From contig NC_134029.1 in the NCBI RefSeq assembly GCF_964204645.1, positions 1 to 64,000 on the forward strand: DNA of 64,000 bases, read 5' to 3'. The notes under the pieces were generated by a model. The model was not told where the DNA came from, ran no database searches, and saw only the letters and a program-made list of their open reading frames with translations. The translations under genes were made by a program, and so were the position numbers. The DNA comes from Tubulanus polymorphus (lineage: Eukaryota; Animalia; Nemertea). Shown here in pieces: positions 13,461 to 23,160 of the stretch (its first letter is position 1; each line of letters starts with the position of its first letter).

Positions 13461-14740
13461 GCAGCAGCTACAGCCCAACCAGCAACTGCTGATGTTAATA
13501 ACTAATAATGTTACCTTGTGAAGTTTTTTCCAGCACACCGTCAGTGAAATGATTTCTCAAATCAGACTGCGGGACCTCATCACCCATCACTGCCTGACCT
13601 GTTGTGTAGCTATTAGTTACGGCTGTCAATGCCTGTAACAATACATAGAATACCCATATATCAATGTACACATTGTGTGGAGTAACAGATTACTATCTCA
13701 ATGGACTTTACCTCAGGAGCAGCAGGATAGAGTTTAAATTGAGCAGGATGTGTAAACTCTAATTCACTAATATCAAACTGATTGTGCTCAGTTGTTGCAG
13801 CAGCTGCTGAATCCTTTCTCACAGCAGCAGCTGCTGAATCCTTTCTCACAGCAGCAGCTGCTGCATCCTTTCTCACAGCAGCAGCTACTGAATCCTTTCT
13901 CACAGCAGCAGCTGCTGAATCCTTTCTCACAGCAGCAGCTGCTGAATCCTTTCTCACAGCAGCAGCTGCTGAATCCTTTCTCACAGCAGCAGCTGCTGAA
14001 TCCTTTCTCACAGCAGCAGCTGCTGAATCCTTTCTAACAGCAGCAGCTGCTGAATCTTGGTTCCGTTTTAATCTCGGTTTTTGAGGTAAAGCGAACTGTT
14101 TTAAACCCGTTTTAACTTTGACTTTACACAAATCAACGCGTTGCTGATCAGTTTTATTGTGTTGTAAATTTGAAATCTCTTTTGAAGCAACTTGAACTAA
14201 AGTTTGTAGAACTTTACTGGACACGTTGAATATAGAATCATTACCATCTACACACTCTAACGCCCCCTGGTGTCTATCTGCAGGCTCCTGGTGTCTATCT
14301 GTCGATTCTAACGCCCCCTGGTGTCTATCTGCAGGCTCCTGGTGTCTATCTGTCGATTCTAACGCCCCCTGGTGTCTATCTGCAGGCTCCTGGTGTCTAT
14401 CTGTCGATTCTAACGCCCCCTGATGTCTATCTGCAGGCTCCTGGTGTCTATCTGTCGATTCTAACGCCCCCTGGTGTCTATCTGCAGGCTCCTGGTGTCT
14501 ATCTGTCGATTCTAACGCCCCCTGGTGTCTATCTGCAGGCTCTAATGCCCCCTGGTGATTATTTTTTTTATCAGGTCTCACACGTAGTTTTCGTAATTTT
14601 AATTTTTTCCGTTTGGCACTGATTGAAATAAAATCCTCAGAATCACTTCCACTGCTGCAGTCCTCAGGAGGAACCCTTATTTTACCCTTGCCGCGGTCCC
14701 TGCACGGAGCCACCCTCCCTCCACCGCGAGGCGAATCCAT
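5126..14740 (-). CDS. SLX4: SLX4 structure-specific endonuclease scaffold (multi-exon; apparent 4-bp frameshift in penultimate exon)
   Basis: UBZ4 zinc finger CEVCNKDISHMNSRRRQQHVNKCLD (13218-13350); MLR-like EELQMVLALSKSM (12900-12945); BTB domain (10796-11154); SIM-like ISVDLTLLSDEE; SAP region PFTPMPDYQSMSTPKLK/REVDRIGIKPGFGKKRMVTLLTEVYHQTHQ; C-terminal SLX1-binding domain LYRQVLSYVPLKL...INWLDEWGITF. Exon phases are consistent except exon 5917-5824. ATG at 14740, stop at 5128-5126. Confidence 0.9.
5244..5820. repeat. About 43-bp minisatellite with variable poly-C tract (SLX4 last intron)
   Basis: Unit ACACATCGACCCATTTAA(C)nAAACGGTTTT, about 13 copies; long G-runs lie on the SLX4 sense strand. 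Confidence 0.95.
6112..6900. repeat. 32-bp minisatellite, about 24 copies (SLX4 intron)
   Basis: Unit TATATGGTGATGTCATAGTGACTACTCAGCAG, nearly invariant. Confidence 0.97.
7036..7790. repeat. 26-27-bp minisatellite (SLX4 intron)
   Basis: Unit GAGTGAACCCTGGTAAGTGTGGTGGA. Confidence 0.97.
9035..9121 (-). repeat. Coding (CAG)28+CAA polyglutamine tract in SLX4
   Basis: Uninterrupted CTG run 9038-9121 on the + strand, in frame in the large exon 8624-10712. Confidence 0.95.
11707..12548. repeat. 19-20-bp minisatellite, core GAACTGTGGAACTG (SLX4 intron)
   Basis: Units GAACTGTGGAACTGGGTGCT and GAACTGTGGAACTGCAGCT; accounts for ORF 12009-12683. Confidence 0.97.
12686..12834. repeat. 19-bp tandem repeat (SLX4 intron)
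   Basis: Unit CTCTACAGTTGACAGTTAA. Confidence 0.95.
13799..14558 (-). repeat. Coding minisatellites in the first SLX4 coding exon (27-bp DSAAAAVRK; 51-bp PADRHQGALESTDRHQE)
   Basis: Both unit lengths are multiples of 3 and lie within ORF 13661-14761. Confidence 0.9.
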
Positions 14741-14744
14741 CGGC

Positions 14745-15386
14745 TTAAAGACGTCCTCCAAATCCCTTTCTCTCGTCAGTTTCTAAAGCTAATCTTTTTC
14801 TTCTCTCTAAAATCTCTTTCATTCGTTCTTCTTTCTCTCTATCACTTTCTTCCCATCTTTTTTTCATTTTTCCAAAATTAGTTTCATCAATTTTATCAGC
14901 TGTCGCCCTGCGGAAATATACAATAAATCAATCTACATCAAACCCTCTGAAACCGAAACACATCTTTTAACATTTTAGCTGCCAAGTCTAATAAAAAGTG
15001 ATTAACCCTTGACAAACATTAGTAACACAAGCAAGCTATGTCTTGGGTTTAACAGGTTCCGATTGTGCCAAAAGTCATTGAATGTATTTGTGACATGTGA
15101 AGGAGAGAAGAAGCTACAATGTTATACACTATTAAACAGTGAGGGCTCTATACAGTACAGTGTATACACTATTAAACAGTGAGGGCACATGCTCTATACA
15201 GTACAGTGTATACACGTTAGTAACTTTATTGTTTGTATGATACAGACTCTTAACGAGAGAGACTCAGTTAGTATCTGATGAACGCACTCCCAGGACTCGA
15301 GCTACAGACCAGTCTCCACCATCGCTGGCTGCGCCAACCTGTACCAGCAGAATAATCAGCCTGTCGATTGATTGACGCAAGTTACC

Positions 15387-15434
<48 letters not shown>

Positions 15435-15640
15435 TGTATCTGGAGTGGAGTGGAAGCCAGGAAGGAACTGTGCGTCATGTGAATATGAAAGATTTGACGA
15501 TAGATAGGGGCGGATGAAACTTACGCGGCATAGATCCACCAGCCCAGGGTCCAAATTGATCCGACTGCTATAAATATATTCCTCGCTCTATAAGCTTTGG
15601 TTCCTTTCATAAACCTATTTCTATCAATCTCTTTACCCAT
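14745..15640 (-). CDS. 92-aa single-pass membrane protein, COA3/CCDC56-like, upstream cistron of SLX4 (exons 15640-15525 and 14907-14745)
   Basis: ATG at 15640 (GTG ATG G); donor GC|GTAAGT; acceptor TTTCCGCAG|G; phases match. Protein MGKEIDRNRFMKGTKAYRARNIFIAVGSIWTLGWWIYAAATADKIDETNFGKMKKRWEESDREKEERMKEILERRKRLALETDERKGFGGRL. RxRNI + hydrophobic helix + IY + charged coiled-coil tail resembles COA3 (family call is inference). Confidence 0.72.
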
Positions 15641-16015
15641 CACTACTGACCGGTCGACTTAACAAGCACCGCACAATCGGCTCCACACTGTTTAATTGAA
15701 TTGAATATAATGAATTGACTTGGATTGAATTGAATATAGTGAATTGACTTGGATTGAATTAAGAGAATATAATGAATTGACTTAGATTGAATAAAGATAA
15801 TTTCACCAATTTTTCGTTCCCTTTTTGTATTTTTTATCTCTTTTTTTCATGAGTTTTCCTATCTAATTCATTCTTTTAATTTATTATAGAAAATTAATCA
15901 ACATTGGATTGAATTGGTGGCGCTGTAATTCAAGATGGCCGCGCCCATAAAATAAATTAAAAAAAACAATAGACGAATAGTGATTGTTTTGAAACTGATT
16001 GATTGTTTGATAGCG
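15641..16015. promoter_or_regulatory. Bidirectional promoter, COA3-like/SLX4 versus MAP2K5
   Basis: Divergent ATGs only 375 bp apart; YY1-like CAAGATGGCCGC at 15931-15942. Confidence 0.65.
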
Positions 16016-18992
16016 ATGGAGTTAGTGATAAGGATAAGTGGTGTTCCTGGTGGTGATATGGATTGGACCGTTCAAACTCCGCAACAATTAACATTTCAAC
16101 ATATACTGGTAACTATCATCATCGCACTAATTACCGACACAAACCGACCGAGCTATAAGTCTGTATTGTGATTATTTATTGTAGGATGTGATCGCCAGAG
16201 TTGTTCCACATTCAAATGTTGCTGCTTTCGAATGTAAGATTCATTTAGTAAATAGTAAAACGGTTTTTTTAAATCATACAATTTTTTTTCGGCCTTTAAA
16301 ATGTATCAATGTTTGTTTAGATGAAGATGAAGAAAAGGATCGAATAACTGTGAGGACAAATGAGGAAATGATGACGATGATATCATTTGTAAGTTCAGTT
16401 ATTCCTAAAGTAAAAATCAGCCTCTGACATTTCATCGATTGAATCAATATTTTGTATTGTTATTTACAGTATTATAGTTTAATGAAAGAATCGACATCAA
16501 ACTGTGCAGCGGCGCCACCTTTAATCATCTACCCCCGAGGTACCGTTTATTCCGTTCTTTGAATTTATACTGTTTAACTTTAAACCGGGATTAATATCTC
16601 TGTTCTCTATTCATAATACAGTGAGTAAAACACAAGGCAAACGAAACATACATGGATTAAAGGTAATCAGAGTTTACTGTAATCAGGGTTTACTGTAATC
16701 AAGGTTTACTGTAATCAGGGTTTACTGTAATCAGGGTTTACTGTAATCAGGGTTTACTGTAATCAGGGTTTACTGTAATCAGGGTTTACTGTAATTAGGG
16801 TTTACTGTAATCAGGGTTTACTGTATAGGGTTTACTGTAATCAGGGTTTACTGTAATCAGGGTTTACTGTAATCAGGGTTTACTGTAATCAGGGTTTACT
16901 GTAATTAGGGTTTACTGTAATCAGGGTTTACTGTAATTAGGGTTTACTGTAATCAGGGTTTACTGTATAGGGTTTACTGTAATCAGGGTTTACTGTAATC
17001 AGGGTTTACTGTAATCAGGGTTTACTGTAATCATTGTTCTACTGTAATCATTGTTATCAGCCAATCAGATGCGTGGTATTGATAGAGCATATCCTGCCAG
17101 TCAAAAACAACACATCTGATTGGTTTAATACATAGACTGATAGCTGCTGAGCGGTGTAATAGACCAATGAAGGGTCTGTGGACGGAGTTTGTGAGGCAAT
17201 CAAACCCTGGCGAGCGAGGATGGTGTTTACTGTTTTTTTTCTGTTTCAGGTAAACACATCATCTGTATCAAATGTATCACAGGTATCAAATGAAGCGAAG
17301 GAGAGTTCTATTACGAGCTGCAGGTATCTATCACCTCCTCCCTCCCCTCCCTTCCTCCTCCCTCCCCTCCCTTCCTCCTCCGTCCCCTCCCTTCCTCCTC
17401 CCTCCCCTCCCTTCCTCCTCCGTCCCCTCCCTTCCTCCTCCCTCCCCTCCCTTCCTCCTCCCTCCCCTCCCTTCCTCCTCCGTCCCCTCCCTTCCTCCTC
17501 CGTCCCCTCCCCCTGTGATGAGTCAAGTATTTACAGAATTGATGTTTTCAATTTCAGTAATAAAATGGAGAGTGAAGATATAAAGAATATTCTATCAGAT
17601 GGAAGTATAACTGAATCGGATTTAGAATTGATTGAGATTCTCGGTACTGGTAATGGGGGTACTGTTTATAAGTATGTCTCTCTCTCTCTCTCTTTAATTC
17701 AATGCTCACAATGTTTAAACTACATAGTTTTATAAAATATATGTTTATAATTTTCAGAGCTTATCGTAAACCAAATAATCTGATAATGGCTGTAAAAGTG
17801 ATTCCTTTAGATGTAACTCCTCAAATACAACGACAGATTATATCAGAGTTAGAAATACTTTACAAGGTCAGTGAACTCCCCGCTCCCCTCCCTCACTCCA
17901 CACTCCCCTTCATCACTCCCCTCACTCACTCCCCGCTCCCCTCCCTCACTCTGTTAATCCTATTATTCTATATCTATTTCAGTGTAACTCTGATTCAATT
18001 ATTAGTTTTTTTGGTGCTTTTTTCGCTGAAAGTCGGATTTCAATTTGTACAGAACATATGGATGGTAAATACCTGTTATTAACGCCCCCTTATCAAACCG
18101 AAGTGCCCCCTAGTGTCTGTCTGATCGAACTGAGTGTCCCGTGTGTTTGTTTTTTTTTGACAGGAGGTTCGTTGGATAGATTTGGTCAGATTCCTGAGAG
18201 TATAGTCGGTCGTGTTGCAGTCAGTGTAGTGAAGGGTTTACAGTATTTATGGGGAATGAAAATCATGCATCGAGGTCAAATATTGAAATTAAATCATTTC
18301 TATCTCATTTATTTATGATCAATGAATTTAGATGAAGTGAATTTAAATTTCAGATGTGAAACCGTCTAATATTCTAGTCAATACGGCAGGACAGGTGAAA
18401 CTGTGTGATTTCGGAGTTAGCGTTCAGTTAATAAACTCTATCGCCAAATCTTATGTCGGTACCAATATCTATATGGCTGTAAGTAACTGATTAAATCCTT
18501 CAATTATCAGTATCAATAATTGTGATAATATTTGATAATTATTGAATTAAAGCCCGAGAGATTGAAGGGAGAGGAATACAGCGTTCATTCTGAAGTGTGG
18601 AGTTTAGGAGTTTCATTGTTTGAGGTGAGATTAGAGAAAGGGGTGTGTCTACTGTCTGTCAATCATTGCGTTTCACTAATTAAACCCGTTCTATTTCAGA
18701 TGGCTGTTGGTAAATTCCCATATGAGTTTGTAAGTTATGTCTAATATAAAACATGGTTACCCTCTAACCCTAGCAATATGACATGTACTTCATCAAATCA
18801 TATTGATATTTCAGATGAATCCATGTAAATTTTCACTAATGTCTCGGGTGAGTTCAAGCATTTGCAGATTATATCTTCATCTACAGATAAAATATATCCT
18901 CTTCACATCTGACTCAGTTTTAAATGATTTTATATTTCAGCCATTTGACCTGATGAATCAGATTGTTAAAGAGGTTTGTATCAGTGTCTCAG

Positions 18993-19030
<38 letters not shown>

Positions 19031-19589
19031 TTGTTGCTGCTGATGCTGCTGCTGCTGATGCTGATGCTGTTGCTGCTGCTGCAGCTGGTTTTCATGCTAT
19101 ATTTTGTTATTGTTTATATTTTCAGCCTGCTCCAGTTTTACCAGATGGAGTTTTTTCAGATGTGTTTGTGAATTTTGTATCTAAATGGTCAGTATCATTA
19201 ATCTGTAATACACCTGTAATACATCTGTAATACACCTGTAATACACCTGTAATACATCTGTAATACACCTGTAATACATCTGTAATACATGCTATATGAT
19301 CACTGTGTATATTACCCGTACATGTATTATTACTGTAGTATGGAGAAGTCACCGTATTGTAGACCGGCCCCCGGTGGGTTACTGGTGAGTATTCATACCT
19401 CCCTCCCTACCTCCCTATCTCACTACCTCCCTACCTCATTACACGATCAGTCAGAACTGTTTGAATAATGTTTATACATGTTTATTGTAGCAACATCCAT
19501 TTATAGTGAAACATGATGATGGAAACTTAGAACAAATCAGAAACTGGATCCTACTGAAACTACAGACTCAACACACTGCTGTTAGCTGA
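16016..19589 (+). CDS. MAP2K5: Dual-specificity MAP kinase kinase 5 (MEK5), multi-exon
   Basis: N-terminal PB1 domain (LVIRI...DWTV...[20 protein letters not shown]); [12 protein letters not shown]; kinase motifs [25 protein letters not shown], activation loop [14 protein letters not shown]. All exon phases are consistent; stop at 19587-19589. Confidence 0.96.
16663..17032. repeat. 16-bp minisatellite beginning at the intron donor (MAP2K5)
   Basis: Unit GTAATCAGGGTTTACT, about 23 copies; the first unit is the GT donor itself. Confidence 0.95.
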
Positions 19590-20384
19590 CCAGAAACCTC
19601 TCTCATAACCTCCCCCGTTGAGGAGGTACTCGGAGTACAACCTCACTGAGAGTCAAGAGGTTGTAGTAAACTCAGTGCATGAACAATCAAACTACACGCC
19701 ACCCACTCCCTCCTCCCCACCCACTCCCTCCTCCCCAGCCCTCCCTTCTCCCCCGCCCTCCCTTCTCCCGCCCTCCCTTCTCCCCCGCCCTCCCTTCTCC
19801 CGCCCCTCTATAACGTGTACTCCCTATAAAGGTGTATGAATGAAGCGTCTGTACTTGTTATTATTAAAATCAAGAGAGATTTATCGCGCATTGATTAATA
19901 TCTGTGTATATTCTAAAAGATGCTTTATATATTGTGATATTTTCAAATAAAACGACATGTCCGATAGATGGCGTCTGAGTGTTTTATCGCTTCCATCTCT
20001 TATTGGTTCAGCTCATCCACCACGCACGGCAGGCGCTACCTGGAGCCCAGCAGGGAGGCTGCTAGGAGTAATGATCATCGTGTGGTTTTAATGGGTCTAC
20101 ATTTGTAGCAAGTCTCCTGAACGCTTCTTTTTGGAAAGAAATATGTTGAAGCCCTGACTTGTTTCCTACACGCATAGTTGGTCCTTTAAGGGGCACTTTC
20201 TCCGCACTTCAACTGCTGAAAAGTGATAACTTTTGCCCATAAAACTCAAATCAAATAGATTCGAGTTCTAAGCTTTAATTGTCTTAATAAACTGCTACAA
20301 TGCATGAGACACTGGTGCCTGCCGCAAAGACTCTCTATATACTAAAAAAAAGATGGCCGACATTTTGCCAAAACCCTGATGTAT

Positions 20385-20513
20385 TAACCCTAACCCTAGT
20401 TTGCCCAGATAACCCTAACCCTAGTTCGCCAAGATAACCCTAACCCTAACCCTAGCGGGCCTCGATCCTGTCGCCTCCCACATCCCAGTCAGACGTGCTA
20501 ACCACTAGACCAT
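20385..20513 (-). mobile_element. tRNA-like SINE-type head followed by short (TTAGGG)n blocks
   Basis: Minus strand reads TGGTCTAGTGGTTAGCACGTCTGACTGGGATGTGGGAGGCGACAGGATCGAGGCCCGC, then three TAGGGTTAGGGTTA blocks; the anticodon stem does not pair. Confidence 0.4.
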
Positions 20514-22940
20514 AATCCAGTAGTGGTTGACCGTGTTTGTTGGTGTGTCTGGTCAGTGTGGTGACCAGTCAGGCGTGATGAAAACCGGAAACAAGTTTAT
20601 ATGAGAGACCCTATGATTGGTCAGGGCACTACAAAACACATCAATCTGGACTATATATACTGCATGTTTCCCATTCATCAGTTCAAATAAACTGTGACAC
20701 GAAACCGAAAATATACACTGCAATTCCTGAAAACATACATCACCAACACTTCAAGGGTTTAGAAATACCGGTAATATCTCAGCAAATATCACAGCTCTTC
20801 AACTCTCTACAGGAGGAGAGGGGAGGGGGAGAGGGGAGGGGGAGGGGGAGCTCATTCTTTCTCACGGTTTTCAGTTACTACTAAAAAACAAGAAATTCTT
20901 CACTCGTAAAACTATGAATATAGGTTTTTCAAAGTACAGGCGTACTCGTTTAAAACCGGGTCCAAAACGTTGATAAATGCGGGTCTGATTTCTGATTATC
21001 GATTTCTATATACGCTGTTTATTGAAATGAATTTAAAAATTCTCGTGTAGACACGAAAAAAGATGAACTTTTGTATGAATTGTGAATAACACACAATGAA
21101 AACTGAGTCATATTTCAGACTGGTTCCTTCTCAGGTGAATACAACCTCGATATCCAGGGACGCCTTCTCGAGATCGTCTATTCATTTCGGAAATTAATAT
21201 TTTTTCTTCTGTCGTCGTATTATTTAAATGTGAATGATTTTGTAAAACGGCGCAAAGACGCGTAAAATATTCGATAAAAAGAATGGAATTTGTTTTTCAA
21301 ATTCAACCGTCGCTTTAAGCCGAGCACCAATGAGATCCGTGATCTTCCAACCGTTGCTAAAATCTTTTCGTTTCACCATTGAATAATCTTTCTATTTTTT
21401 ACTCATAAAAAGCTTTAGGGCAAAAAGTGTTGAACGCACAAAGTGAACAATTTGTCAACCTTTTTAACTCTATTCAGTTATAAACAAAAGAAACGGCTTA
21501 TATATTTTCTCACTTTATAAATTGGGACCATTCCAAAACAGCTCTCAGCCCAAATTCTCAACTGTGTATAATGTTTAAAAGACGCCCAGCATTTTGAGAC
21601 GTATGATTTATGTCAGACCGGATCAGGTTTGAGGAATCACGCAATACACTGAATTATATAAGCGAGCTGCACCGAGTGGAGCCTCTCTCTGAGCTAGGAG
21701 TTTAGAATTCCTACTGTGTTTAACTAATCTAGGTAAGTAGGTGGTATAATAATTATATTGTATGATAATTAGTAACAGGTAGTCGTCAGGGGTAACTCCA
21801 GTTAACAGTATTACAAGCGCCACCTACAGGAAAACCTTTAGAATAACATCAGTAACAAATTATGTAGACAAACTACTTATAAACATTTAAAAGATTATTT
21901 CTGAAATAAGTCCCAAGTTGCAATAACTGCGTAGCTTTTAGTTGAATTCCCTTGAGTGATTGACAGACTACAAAGATATGAATGTGATATTCATCTATTT
22001 TCAATAACGTGAAAATAAACTACGCGTAAAAACCTGCTAAAAATAGAATGAAGGAAATGACTCGTACGGCTTGTGGTATCGCGAGTTGCTTGTGTCAATC
22101 TGGGTCAAACTTCGACTGTTTTCAGTTCAGAAAAAAATGTAACAAAACTCAGTGTTTATTTATAAAAACGGTAACGTCTCCACCTCCTCTCACAGCTAGC
22201 TGTTCAGCCGGCAGTGTGTTCAGAGGGGACACGCAAGTAAACTCTCTTTCTCCACTCTCTCCACTCTCTCCACTCTCTATCTCTCCACTCTCTCAACTCT
22301 GTCTCAGCTCTAGTCTCTCGGCTCGCTCTCCTCTGTTGACGACGGATTTATATTAAGGAAGTTCTGTGATTTTGTAATGAACAGATCTCTGTAAGTAACT
22401 TATAAAGTATTTGGAGGAAACTGGACATGCGCCGGGTACGGGTATCGGGGCGGGTATCGGGACGGGTACGGGTATCGGGGCGGGTATCGGGACGGGTATC
22501 GGGACAGGTACGGGTATCGGGACGGGTACGGGTATTGGGAGGAACCGGACATGCGCCGGGTCGGGTATCGGGACGGGTACGTAGCTCTTAGATTCCTAGA
22601 GATAACCTTAGATTCGGAGTGATATTTGGGGGGTGAGGGTGTGTGGGGGGGGGGGGGTGTAATCTTATATTCTGTCAATGAGTGAAATGTCTGAAATTGT
22701 ACTTCAACCTTTAAATCTTATTAAAAAAAACTCGAGAACAACATCTTAAAATAGATTTGCGGCACAGCAACAGTAAACCTCAATCACGACGTACATTTTG
22801 TTTTATTCATTATTTCAGATCGGCGACGCGCGTTGCGGGTCCTGTGTGTGACATCATCACATCTAGCTGTAAATAACAGGAAATACCGGAATCTACTGGT
22901 GACGACTTTAAAATACATTCCTCCTCCATCATCATCATCA

Positions 22941-22995
<55 letters not shown>

Positions 22996-23160
22996 AAATT
23001 CTATATAAAACTGTGATCAATCTCTATCAATATCCATTCCAACCAGCGGCACATTGTCATCATCAGCTGGATCTATCAATCAATCACCTAGCGCAGATTA
23101 GCTCTTATCAGGATTAATGATTTACTTTAGAACGGATTAGGATAAACACGTGACTGGATT

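Noticed and set aside
20385-20455. Telomerase RNA template or chromosome end
   Set aside because: Only short, interrupted TAACCC blocks are present; no pseudoknot or H/ACA features were recognised, and genes flank both sides.
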